A stretch of 64,000 bases of DNA, taken from contig NIVC01000654.1 of the NCBI GenBank assembly GCA_002269645.1, positions 251,009-315,008 of the forward strand. The letters are read 5' to 3'. Every line of letters begins with the position of its first letter. The first letter of the stretch is position 1. The notes beneath the pieces were generated by a model. That model ran no database searches, was not told the origin of the DNA, and saw only the letters and a list, made by a program, of their open reading frames with translations. Origin of the DNA: Macrostomum lignano. Lineage: Eukaryota. Positions 1-12,224 of the stretch are shown here, piece after piece. The position numbers and the translations under genes were made by a program.

Positions 1-1310
1 TACTATTATAACTAATATTAATACGCGTATATCTGTACTTCGAATGTCATGCAACCCGTGGTCAGTAAGTTATAACAAATGATAAACCAGCATTTCTTAA
101 CAAGTTTATGTCACACCTTGGACACTCAAAGTCGGCCACTGCCCCAGATTCCGTGTATTATCTGGCATAGAAATCAGTGAAATCTTGTTTTTTCCCACCG
201 CATGATTGAGTTACTGCCTGGCAAGGGTCTGTAGTTGCTTTTGAGAAAATAATATATGTATATAAGGAGCCAACAACATGCCCGCTGAGACCCGCGAAAT
301 TGCCCTGCAGGCAAATTTGTGCGGCCTGGCGGCTCTGGAGGGGGGCTGGAGGATCCACAAAAAATCTGCCAGCTTCCAGGGCTTTGAGAACGAAGTGAGA
401 AGGAATTAGAGGGGGGGGGGCGACCACCGCCTTCCCCCTATCTGTTTCCCCCGGTGTTGCTATATCATTCAATGGACCAAGGGATCTAAACTGAGAGAGT
501 CTGGAGTTGGCCAACTCCTTATCTAGAAACCTAAATCCTAAGAAATCCTATTTCTAAGACACTTCTCAGTGTGTCCTTATTCACTGTATGTTTGTAAAAT
601 TGAAAAATTGGTTAAATGAATAAAAATATTCAAGAGAACGCATAGCGCTGAATGGGTTCTGGCCATAGACAAATTCGGCCTATAGAAACATCAGATTTCT
701 CTAGAAGCATATACTAAATTTACTGGCGATAGGACACATATCCGGCATCCATTTTTGGGGCTGCATGGCCCTCGGGGAGTTGGAGAAGTGTTTCCAAATC
801 CCGGCTCTAGTTCCGAGTCTCCTTGGCCATGCGGAGCATTTGCGGCGCGCAGGTTTTGCTCCAAACTTCATCCAGCCAAGTGGAACAGGGCAGAGGAGCT
901 GGAGAAAGAGGGAGGGGGTCAAGCTTCTCTATATCTCCCTTGTCTATCTCTGCCGCCGGGTCCACCTCTCACTAGCTCTGTCTCCCACTGTCTCATTCTC
1001 TCCTTTCTGTCCGCAGCAGGAACTGTAACTCAATTCATTAGCTGGTCCGCCAGTGCCTCCAGGCGACTGCGGCCCCCTCAATGCTGCATGCAAGCCTTGA
1101 GGGTTCGAATCATTAAATTCGAATCAAGGCGAAGACGAACTCAAGGAGAGAAGAAGTCTCAGAAATAGAGATGGGTAGAGTTTGAGAACTGTGGAAGCGC
1201 GAATGCAACTTGATGCACGTGTATTTTGGGATGCTGGGGAGTTTTTGCTGAGATTTGCACGCTTTGCTGTTGTTTGGGCAAACTAGCTCATGGAGGTTTA
1301 ATAGAGCTTT

Positions 1311-1930
1311 GGAGATCTATTCCAGTTTGGGAGATCTATCAGCTTGTGCGGATCTATTCCAGTTTGGGAGATCTATCAGCTTGTGCGGATCTATTCCAGT
1401 TTGGGAGATCTATTCCAGTTTGAGAGATCTATTCCAGTTTGGGAGATCTATTCCAGTTTGAGAGATCTATTCCAGTTTGAGAGATCTATTCCAGTTTGAG
1501 AGATCTATTCCAGTTTGAGAGATCTATTCCAGTTTGAGAGATCTATTCCAGTTTGAGAGATCTATTCCAGTTTGAGAGATCTATTCCAGTTTGAGAGATC
1601 AATTCCAGTTTGAGAGATCTATTCCAGTTTGAGAGATCTATTCCAGTTTGAGAGATCTATTCCAGTTTGAGAGATCTATTCCAGTTTGAGAGATCTATTC
1701 CAGTTTGGGAGATCTATAAACTCATGAGGATCTATTCTAGTTTGGGAGATCTACAAGCTCATGAGGATCTATTCCAGTTTGGGAGATCTACAAGCTCATG
1801 AGGATCTATTCCAGTTTGGGAGATCTACAAGCTCATGAGGATCTATTCCAGTTTGGGAGATCTACAAGCTCATGAGGATCTATTCTAGTTTGGGAGATCT
1901 ACAAGCTCATGAGGGCCTATTCTAGTTTGG
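1311..1930. repeat. 19-bp minisatellite GAGATCTATTCCAGTTTGA with longer variant units
   Basis: Direct inspection of period 19. Confidence 0.95.
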
Positions 1931-2683
1931 AAGATGAGTTTTGGACTAAAAATATTCGTGTCAGTACGCTCACAACTAAGTGAAAGCAGTGAGGTGTAAA
2001 AGATCAGAATGCAAAATTGAGAGAAACCTGAGTGTGATTATTGTCCCTCTGGTAACTATGATAGCAGTAATGATGTTTTGTATTTTATAGCCTCGAGGGT
2101 GAATTGGGATTATGGGGAAATCAAGTCTTGTCTTGAAAATTTGTTTGCAAGTGCAGTAGGGCAATTATGGATAATTTACCAGACAAATTCACGCCTAATT
2201 TAGCCTTCGAGTTCAATGGGCATAGATACTGGCCTCATACTGTGATAGGCGCCTATAAAACTCAAATATAATATCTGTGTTGGGAGATTTGGTTTCAACA
2301 ATAGGATTCAGGATTTGATCTCTCTTCAAAAAATTACTTTCCATATGGGGAGAATGGCACATAGCCGCAGGGATATAGGAATCAATATCAGTAATTATAT
2401 TGTACCCTGTTACCATGGGAAAGGTGATTTAATAATAATTGTTGTTAAGATCAGCAAATATTGTATAAAAAATAGTCGTATTACTAGATACTATTTAGAA
2501 CTCATAATCAAGCATAATTTTATTAGAGCATATTGAAAAACTTTTGAGAGATGGTCTTGTACTGTATATCAGTGGCGCTTGGTTTCAAAGAAAGTGGTGC
2601 TCGGAAACTTGAGGCACAAGTTAAGTGCCTAAATTTCAAAGCTCTAATTTTGTGTTGTAAAACTTGCTGTTAACAAAATTCTC

Positions 2684-3250
2684 GGCGCCACTTGACTCAT
2701 CAGTTTTGGCGCCACTTGTCCATCAGTTTTGGCGCCACTTTACTCATCAGTTTTGGCGCCACATGTCCATCAGTTTTGGCGCCACTTGTCCATCAGTTTT
2801 GGCACCACTTGTTCATCAGTTTTGGCGCCACTTGTTAATCAGTTTTGGCGCCACTTGTCCACCAGAATTGGCGCCACTTGTCCATCAGTTTTGGCACCAC
2901 TTGTTCATCTGTTTTGGCGCCACTTGTTAATCAGTTTTGGCGCCACTTGTCCACCAGAATTGGCGCCACTTGTCCATCAGTTTTGGCACCACTTGTTCAT
3001 CTGTTTTGGCGCCACTTGTTAATCAGTTTTGGCGCCACTTGTCCACCAGAATTGGCACCACTTGTTCATCTGTTTTGGCGCCACTTGTTAATCAGTTTTG
3101 GCGCCACTTGTCCACCAGAATTGGCACCACTTGTTCATCTGTTTTGGCGTCACTTGTCAATCAGTTTTGGCGCCACTTGTTTATCAGAATCGGCGCCACT
3201 TGTCCATCAGTTTTGGCGTCACTTGTCCATCAGTTTTGGCGCCACTTTAC
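2684..3250. repeat. 23-bp minisatellite CAGTTTTGGCGCCACTTGTCCAT
   Basis: Direct inspection; palindromic core TGGCGCCA. Confidence 0.95.
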
Positions 3251-3727
3251 AGACTTTACAGAGTTTGGCGCCTTTTATGCCAACTTTCCAATTCAAAGAA
3301 AATTCAAGTTTGGTTGGTTAAATTTCCCTCAAAAGCCGATCTGATATCTCCCTATGCTGGTGCATCCCTTACCACACCAGATGTCCCCTCAAATCCTCGA
3401 TTCTTTTATCGATGCCAACCTCTTGCCCCTCTCGAAGGACGTCAGAGCCACGCATTCTCCGAGCGAACCTGAGGTCCTCAAATTCCTGCATTGATGCGCC
3501 ATTATCAGTGCCAATCTCAATCTTATGTAATTGGGCGGGCGCCACCTCCACCCCTATCGATCTACTCGCCTGTCACCGACAGAAATTGCAGTCCGGTCCT
3601 CCGACTCGCGCTCCTGTCCCATTGCGAATGCTCGTCATCATTTTATTTGAGGCCAAGCAGAGCAACGTTTGGGTAATGAGGCTCGCTGCAGTCTTCTTCA
3701 GTCCTGTGTTGTTTTTCAGGGTTCCCC

Positions 3728-3895
3728 GGGAATCCTCAGGAATCTCATCCTCAGGAATCTCATCCTCAGAAATCTCATTCTTAGAAATCTCGTCCTCAGA
3801 AATCTCATCCTCAGAAATCTTATCTATAGGGGAATCTCACATCCTCAGGGTAATCTCACATCCTCAGGGTAATCTCACATTCATCAGCGGAATCT
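3728..3895. repeat. 15-bp minisatellite GGAATCTCATCCTCA
   Basis: Direct inspection. Confidence 0.85.
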
Positions 3896-4694
3896 CACGC
3901 CCCTTTCAGAGTTCTCAGACTTCAGAGCCTCAGTCCTTAATGTTCAAGAGAGACGAATTGAAAACCGTGCACAAAATCGGGTCCCAATCAAGTACTGTTG
4001 TTGACTTTTCCCATCTCCCCGGCTTCCTCACTGTCAAGTCGAGAGACATCTGCCTGCTTGGCGCAGAAACTGAGAATCTCTCCCCACCGAATCATTTTTC
4101 GCAGCTTTTTTTGGGCCCATGCCTAAAGCCGTCGTCCCGCCCCCCACCCCCCGGATCATCGCAAACAGGGATTAATCGGTTAATCCTTGGGCCGCTAGAA
4201 TCCGACGCGCGGATTAACCCGCGGCGCGCCAGCCAGAGAGGAAAATAGGGGCAAAGATTTTCTCAATTCCAAACAGCTCCAAGGAGCAGATACTGCTCAT
4301 CACTCCCGCTCTATACTAAACTTGGAACCTTGTCGTTTAAGAATATTCTTGAGAGTCGAGGTCCTGCCGCTGACACTTGGCCGCCGCGTGCCGGCCAGCA
4401 CCCTTCGTCTCTCCCTCACTCTCTCTCCTCTCTTCCTCGCTCTTTCTCAGCCTCCGCGTTATTTTCCAACGAAGCTCAATTGGATGAAGGCTTAACTCGG
4501 CTTCGGTCTGCCTGTGCCCGCAGCCCCTGATATAATCAAAACGGCTCAGAGGCGTTAGGGAGGCCTTCTGCCGTTTGGGGAGTGGAAAAAAAATACAGAT
4601 AGCCTATAAGTCAAGGAGATCCTTGAACGAGGATTTTGGGAGGGCCAGACTGGTTTCTTTGCCAAATCGTAAGGGAATTGCATGCAGTGAAAAG

Positions 4695-4701
4695 ATAGGG
4701 A

Positions 4702-4732
<31 letters not shown>

Positions 4733-4743
4733 AAAGAGAGGGC

Positions 4744-4784
<41 letters not shown>

Positions 4785-4967
4785 CAGAGAAGAGAGGGCA
4801 GAGAAGAGAGGGCAGAGAAGAGAGGGCAGAGAAGAGAGGGAGAGAAGAGAGGGCAGAGAAGAGAGGGCAGAGAAGAGAGGGGAGAGAAGAGAGGGCAGAG
4901 AAGAGAGGGCAGAGAAGAGAGGGGGGGAGAAGAGAGGGGAGAGAAGAGAGGGCAGAGAAGAGAGGGC

Positions 4968-5065
<98 letters not shown>

Positions 5066-5407
5066 AGAGAGGGAGAGAAGAGAGGGAGAGAAGAGAGGGA
5101 GAGAAGAGAGGGCAGAGAAGAGAGGGCAGAGAAGAGAGGGGAGAGAAGAGAGGGCAGAGAAGAGAGGGCAGAGAAGAGAGGGCAGAGAAGAGAGGGCAGA
5201 GAAGAGAGGGCAGAGAAGAGAGGGCAGAGAAGAGAGGGCAGAGAAGAGAGGGCAGAGAAGAGAGGGGAGAGAAGAGAGGGCAGAGAAGAGAGGGCAGAGA
5301 AGAGAGGGCAGAGAAGAGAGGGGGGAGAAGAGAGGGGAGAGAAGAGAGGGCAGAGAAAAGAGGGCAGAGAAGAGAGGGCAGAGAAGAGAGGGCAGAGAAG
5401 AGAGGGC

Positions 5408-5448
<41 letters not shown>

Positions 5449-5587
5449 CAGAGAAGAGAGGGCAGAGAAGAGAGGGCAGAGAAGAGAGGGCAGAGAAGAG
5501 AGGGGGGAGAAGAGAGGGCAGAGAAAAGAGGGCAGAGAAGAGAGGGCAGAGAAGAGAGGGCAGAGAAGAGAGGGGGGAGAAGAGAGG
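4695..5587 (+). repeat. 14-bp purine array (GAGAAGAGAGGGCA)n
   Basis: Direct inspection. Confidence 0.97.
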
Positions 5588-6374
5588 ATGAATATTTTAT
5601 TAAACTGGCATGGCCAGCTTAAAAAGCAAACCCTTCAATCAAATAATTCTTCGATAAGAAAGCTTAATAAACAACTAAACAAACCAAATCGTTAAGATTT
5701 CTGCCAAATGCATATACGATGAGCATAGGTAAATGAAGATTTATATACTCGTAGTTCTATGGTCTTCTATAGTCTTCCCAGATTCTCCGTCAACGATCGC
5801 CTTGATTCGTTCTCACTTGAGTCCTCACTTGCCGCCGAAATATGAGGCTGGGGAGGAGGGCTTTGGGCCGCGCGACAGTTTCCCCCATCCTCAACAGTCA
5901 ATTTATCCCGGGGATTAACATCCCACTCCGGCGTGGGTCGCACCTCTGCTAATCCCCACCCCCATTCTGATCTGCGGGCCTCTTTCGTCAGTCTTTTTGT
6001 AGATCAGAGAAGTTCAGCGTGAATTTGACGAAACACAACCGGACAAATTGCAGGCACTCGAATCGCTAAGAATTTACCGGATTATAAACTTGGATGTTGT
6101 ATACAAATACAATACTTATATTATAAGGATACCAAGTTTCATCGACTCTTATTAATAAATAGTTTTTACGCCTACAATTAGCAAACTGTTAGCGGCCCTG
6201 GTGTACGGATTAAAACTCAAAATCTGTGAACGATTTGCAGAAGCTTATCTTTCTGATTGTATTTGCTGAAGTGATAATGATGAGGCGTTGGAGTTTTTTT
6301 GCACTGAATTAACTGCCTCTTTTAAGAGTGCTTTCAATTCGTTTGGAGTCTTGATTTGTGTCATTTCCCAGACA

Positions 6375-6740
6375 GCCCCTCTCTTTTCTTCCCTCTATTC
6401 TCTCGCCTCTCTTCTCTGCCCTCTCTTCTCTGCCCTCTCTTCTCTGCCCTCTCTTCTCTCCCCTCTCTTCTCTGCCCTCTCTTCTCTGCCCTCTCTTCTC
6501 TGCCCTCTCTTCTCTGCCCTCTCTTCTCTCCCCTCTCTTCTCTGCCCTCTCTTCTCTGCCCTCTCTTCTCTGCCCTCTCTTCTCTGCCTTCTCTTCTCTG
6601 CCCTCTCTTCTCTGCCCTCTCTTCTCTGCCCTCTCTTCTCTGCCCTCTCTTCTCTGCCCTCTCTTCTCTGCCCTCTCTTCTCTGCCCTCTCTTCTCCCCC
6701 CTCTCTTCTCTGCCCTCTCTTCTCTGCCCTCTCTTCTCTG

Positions 6741-6795
<55 letters not shown>

Positions 6796-6852
6796 GCCCT
6801 CTCTTCTCTGCCCTCTCTTCTCTCCCCTCTCTTCTCTGCCCTCTCTTCTCTG

Positions 6853-6893
<41 letters not shown>

Positions 6894-7230
6894 GCCCTCT
6901 CTTCTCTGCCCTCTCTTCTCCCCCCTCTCTTCTCTGCCCTCTCTTCTCTGCCCTCTCTTCTCTGCCCTCTCTTCTCTGCCCTCTCTTCTCTCCCCTCTCT
7001 TCTCTGCCCTCTCTTCTCTCCCCTCTCTTCTCTGCCCTCTCTTCTCTGCCCTCTCTTCTCTGCCCTCTCTTCTCTGCCTTCTCTTCTCTGCCCTCTCTTC
7101 TCTGCCCTCTCTTCTCTGCCCTCTCTTCTCTGCCCTCTCTTCTCTGCCCTCTCTTCTCTGCCCTCTCTTCTCTCCCCTCTCTTCTCCCCCCTCTCTTCTC
7201 TGCCCTCTCTTCTCTCCCCTCTCTTCTCTG

Positions 7231-7271
<41 letters not shown>

Positions 7272-7317
7272 GCCCTCTCTTCTCTGCCCTCTCTTATCTG
7301 CCCTCTCTTCTCTGCTT

Positions 7318-7355
<38 letters not shown>

Positions 7356-7445
7356 GCCCTCTCTTCTCTGCCCTCTCTTCTCTGCCCTCTCTTCTCTGCC
7401 CTCTCTTCTCTGCCCTCTCTTCTCTCCCCTCTATTCTCTCCTCAA

Positions 7446-7485
<40 letters not shown>

Positions 7486-7490
7486 TCTCC
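6375..7490 (-). repeat. The same 14-bp array in inverted orientation (TGCCCTCTCTTCTC)n
   Basis: Unit is the exact reverse complement of the 4695-5587 unit. Confidence 0.97.
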
Positions 7491-8144
7491 TTTCCCTGCC
7501 TCGGCACGAGTCCCCTCGCGCCAGCCCTATACGCTGTAACGCTGCCCCGAGCACTCCGCAGGGCCCACTAAGAGGCAAATTAGATTCGGCAGGCTAGCAG
7601 GACCTGTCTAAAATCCCGTCCGAGAGAAAAAATTGAATTCTAAAAACAAAAATAAGAGCTCGCCTATCAGGGACACAAAACACATCGGGATGGGGGCCAG
7701 GGGGCCATTAGGGACAGCAGCAGCCATCAAGTGCAATGGCCTGCTCGCATCTAGGAGAAGGTGACTGCAAATCCCCGACTATCCTCATTTTCTTTCTCTC
7801 GCTTCCCAAATCTCCCCCCTCTCTGATAGCATCCCTTGAATGATGGAGTGGAAGGTCACCAAAGCGCCGGGCTGGGTCGCTGTAAGAAGGATAGACCTGG
7901 CGCTGCGTGTAGTGAGGGAATTAATTGAGTTAGGGGAATGATACTCGATTACCCCCCCCCCCTAGCCCCTCTCATCCCTTCCCCCTTCCTCCGTCCCCGT
8001 GTCTGTCTGGCCCGCGGTAAGATCCGTTCCGCCAGGAACTGCTGTAACGGATCAGGTTAGAAAGTCGTATTAAAGTATTAAATAGGGTAATGCAGGTCAA
8101 CTACCACCGGGTGGATGATCGGTGACTCACCGGTGAGATAATGG

Positions 8145-8480
8145 GTCAGTGGGTCAGGGAGTGTGTCAGCGATGGGTCAGGGAGTGTGTCAGCATGGGCA
8201 CGGAGTGTTTTAGCAGGGGTCAAGAGAATGTGTCAACATGGGTCAAGAGAGTGTGTCAGCCATGAGTCAGGGAGTGTGTCAGCATGGGTCAGGGAGTGTG
8301 TCAGCCATGGGTCAAGAGAGTGTGTCAGCCATGGGTCAAGAGAATGTGTCAGCATGGGTCAGGAGAGTGTGTCAGCCATGGGTCAAGAGAGTGTGTCAGC
8401 CATGGGTCAAGAGAATGTGTCAGCATGGGTCAGGAGAGTGTGTCAGCCATGGGTCAAGAGAGTGTGTTAGCAGGGGTCAA
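8145..8480. repeat. 22-24-bp minisatellite GTGTGTCAGCCATGGGTCAAGAGA
   Basis: Direct inspection. Confidence 0.9.
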
Positions 8481-9114
8481 GGTGAGACATGTCTCAAGGA
8501 GGGGCTGATTACAAAGAGTCAGCACGAGTCAAATGGCTGAATCAAGTGGGTAGACGTTGCTGCTTTTTGAAGAAAAAAAGGCAAATTACTTTAAAGCATC
8601 AGTAAAGTTGACATTTAGGCTAATATGCAAATTGTGCATAGTGATATTGTATTGATTATGTTAAGAACAGTTGCCAATAACAAAATGAGCATTGAACATT
8701 TCAGATTTGGTAACTGCAGATAGAGCACATGCATTTACATTCAAATTATAATGTATTAATATATTATATTAATGTATTATTTATAATGTAATATTATATT
8801 AATAAATATGCTTGCTGTGCAGCTCAGTTGGGCATCAAGTGATGGCTGTCCGTGGAGCTTTGTCTAGCTAAAGTTTTTCTATAAATTTTTGAAGTATCAG
8901 TGATGTAATATCAAGAAAAACGTCTTGATTTACGAAGCATGATATGAGGGCTTGAATACAGAATACACAGAATTGAAAGTGCAAGTAAGGTGAACATCTG
9001 ACTAGGATAAAAACAACAATTACGTACGAGCGTATTAATTTAAATATCGGGGACTTTTAAAATAATCTTCAAAAACGCCATATTTAAGTAAAGTTTAGAT
9101 TCTAAAAAAAATCG

Positions 9115-9352
9115 CTCCTAACAATCGCCCCCCCCCCCTAAAAATCGTCCCTTAAAAATCGCCTCTAAAACTCGCTTTTAAAATCGCCCCCTAAAAATCG
9201 CCCCCTAAAAATTGCCCCTTAAAAATCGCCTCTAAAACTCGCTTTTAAAAATCGCCCCCTAAAAATCGCCCCTAAAAATCGCCCCCTAAAAATCGCCCCC
9301 TAAAAATCGCCCCCTAAAAATCGCCCCCTAAAAATCCCCCCTAAAAATCGCC
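9115..9352. repeat. 13-14-bp minisatellite AAAAATCGCCCCT, downstream of snail
   Basis: Direct inspection. Confidence 0.9.
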
Positions 9353-9578
9353 AATTAGGAGTGCTAAGCCCAGATCAAATCAATCAAGTTACGGTTGTCT
9401 ATAAGCAAGAGCAAGAGAAATACGAGCGCGCTATTGGGTTCGGGAACAACAGCTGGAGACTGGAACGCGCGGAGTTTGAGTTAGGTTTAGCTACATAAAT
9501 CACCAATTTACAATGCCAGTTATCTTCATAATATATATATGAGCATATATAAACAAGTAACGATAAAATCTACAGGTT

Positions 9579-11588
9579 TCAGTCCTCCTGGCCAGCGCTG
9601 GAATCTTGCAGCTCGTCTTCCTCCGCCGCGCCGATCGAGCCGGACGAATCCTGGGTGGACGCAGTCGCTGCCGCCGTCGCAATAGCGGCAACGCCGATGC
9701 CAACTCCGATGCAGCAACCGCCGCCGCCGTTACGATGCTTGGTGAGCAGCCCCATGCGGCTGAAGGTCTTGCCGCAGGCCTGGCAGCGGTACTTCTTCAC
9801 CTCCGAGTGAGTCTGCATGTGCGCCCGCAGGTTGGACCTGTCGGCAAACGCTCGCTGGCAGACGCCGCACTCGAACGGCTTCTCCCCAGTGTGAGTCCGG
9901 ATGTGCCCGTTGAGCAGCCACATCCGGCTGAAGGCTTTGCCGCAGATTTTGCACTGGCAGGGCAGGGTGTGCGTCCGGATGTGCATCTTCAGCGCGCTCA
10001 GGCTGTAGTAGACTTTGTGACAGCGGGTGCAGCTGAACCGCTTGGCCGGCTCTGAGCTCTGAGCCGCGGACGCCGCTACGTGATGAGACGCGACGCCTCG
10101 GCCGCAGCTGCCCGACTCGCGGTGCTTCAACAGACCGGCGCTTGTCGTGTAACTTCGTCGACATTTTTCGCAAGAGAATCTTTGCTGATGCTGATGCTGC
10201 TGCTGCTGCTGCTGCTGATGCTGCACCAGCTCCATTGTCGGACTGCCGCTGCTGTTGTTGTTGTCCATCGCTGTCGGCATCGGGGGTGGCGGAGGCGGCG
10301 GCGAGGACACAGTCGGCGACGTTGGCAAGAGTTCGTCGACGAAGCTTCCGACGCTGCCGCGAAGGAGCTCAGATGGCGAAGTCTGCCGCGGCGACTGGGC
10401 CAGAGCTGGCGGAGGCGGTGGCGGAGGCGGCACCTGTGCGGCGAACCGCTGCAGCTCGCGCGCCTTGGCCAGAGCTCGCATTTGAAAGTCAGCGAACAGC
10501 TGAGGATAAGCGCGAATGTTTTCCCAGGTAGGCTTCAGCTCCGGCTGCTGGTTGATGGAGCGCTGCAGAGACAGCATCAGAGAGCAGCTGGCTGACTGGC
10601 GGAGTAGGGGGTTCATAGCCGCTGCTGCGGCGGCTGCCGCGGCCGCCATCGGGATCGGAGAGTTCTGCAGCGACAGCAGGAGGCGAGGATCTGGCAGCAG
10701 ATGCTGTAGAGCCGCTGATGCCGGCCAGTGAAATTCGAACGGCGACATGACCGGCTGTTGATGAGGCTGCTGAGGCGGAGGCTGGGCGAGCTGATTCGCA
10801 GTTGCTGGATGAGTTGCGGATTTGCTGATCAAAGCGGCTGCAGGGGTGGAGCGAAGCGAGCCGACGCTTGGTTGCCTAGCAACTGTGTCTGCGGCTGGAG
10901 AGAAGGGAGCGGCGCTTGTATGAGTTGATCTGAAGGGTGCCATTTTGAATCTGAAGGGTGCCATTTTGAATCTGAAGGGTGCCATTTTGAATCTGAAGGG
11001 TGCCATTTTGAATCTGAAGGGTGCCATTTTGAATCTGAAGGGTGCCATTTTTGAATCTGAAGGGTGCCATTTTAAATCTGAAGGGTGCCATTTTGAATCT
11101 GAAGGGTGCCATTTTGAATCTGAAAGGTGCCATTTTGAATCTGAAGGGTGCCATTTTGAATCTGAAGGGTGCCATTTTGACTCTGAAGGGTGCCATTTTG
11201 AATCTCAAGGGTGCCATTTTTGAATCTGAAGGGTGCCATTTTAAATCTGAAGGGTGCCATTTTTGAATCTGAAGGGTGCCATTTTAAATCTGAAGGGTGC
11301 CATTTTAAATCTGAAGGGTGCCATTTTGAATCTGAAGGGTGCCATTTTGAATCTGAAAGGTGCCATTTTGAATCAGAAGGGTGCCATTTTGAATCTGAAG
11401 GGTGCCATTTTAGATTTGATGGGTGCCATTTTGAATCTGAAGGGTGCCATTTTGAATTTAAAGGGTGCCATTTTAGATAAATATAAGCAAAGCAGAAAAA
11501 ACACGTGCTTTCTTTGAGACTCACCACAAAGACGATCGCCAGCAATGGCTGCAGGCACAGTCCAACAGCCAACTGGGGCATTTGTCAT
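9579..11588 (-). CDS. snail: Snail/Slug-family C2H2 zinc-finger transcription factor; model exon1 11588-11525, exon2 10894-9579 (~459 aa)
   Basis: ORF 9579-11048 contains the diagnostic Snail finger block [79 protein letters not shown], five fingers in total, the last C2HC. The ORF's MAPFRFK N-terminus is minisatellite. A GTGAGT donor at 11524 and a pyrimidine-rich acceptor (ctcccttctctccag) before 10894 are phase-compatible (phase 1). The family call is firm; exon 1 is tentative. Confidence 0.93.
10928..11475. repeat. 21-bp minisatellite GAATCTGAAGGGTGCCATTTT in the putative snail intron
   Basis: Direct inspection; translates as MAPFRFK on the - strand. Confidence 0.97.
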
Positions 11589-12224
11589 TTTTGTTAGTTT
11601 CTTCCCTGACACACGATGTCACTTTCACTTTATTACTCTCGCACTGACAATTGACGAGCAGCGGGTAGATCTTAATATATTAAAATGAAATTGGCACTGC
11701 AGAAAGCAGTTGCTATGCGCTATTAATATCTTGGCTCGTGCACAAGTGGCACCTTTCACACCTTTCACTTTACGAGCTGTAGATGTAATATTATCTTTTT
11801 GCTTGGCTTCAATTTCTTCTGTGGAAGACTTTATATATTGAGCAGGGTAATATCCCAGCTGCCGGCACAATTGAGGAGATAGATGCTTGTCTGTTGATCC
11901 CCATTGAGCCAGGAGTTTGTGATGAGGCGGCGGCATTCTGAGCAGCCAATAGGAGAAGGATCCGAACTTGCTGATTGGTGGACGGAGAGGAGAGAAAGGC
12001 ATTGGTGAGGATTGGAGGCGCGGTCCCTTCTTCATCGGTCCAGAACCCAGAAGTATCCCTCTGAGATCCTTTGTTTTCCTTACTTGTTGTTTGTTTTAAC
12101 TAATCCGACAAGTTAAACAAATAGCAAACCTCATGTTTCTCTTTTAGTTTTAACACCATTAAGCAATTGCTTTCTGATACGAGCTAATTTGATTGATATT
12201 GTAATTACATTTAAATCGAACTGC

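Noticed and set aside
158-1223. Short ORFs at the window start
   Set aside because: No recognisable domain and no consistent splice model.
1935-2480. Protein-like fragments on + (EKPECDYCPSGNYDSSNDVLYFIASRVNWDYGEIK..)
   Set aside because: Multiple stops and no family I can recognise; it may be a decayed gene but I cannot support a call.
3490-3520. TDNG motif suggesting a retroviral integrase core
   Set aside because: The surrounding D,D35E context and other pol domains are absent.
4575-7597. Long ORFs of 338-427 aa (REGREERAEK.., LSSLPSLLCP..)
   Set aside because: They are translations of the 14-bp array in several frames on both strands, with no non-repetitive domain.
9606-10928. Plus-strand ORFs antisense to snail
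   Set aside because: They are shadow ORFs of a GC-rich, low-complexity CDS.
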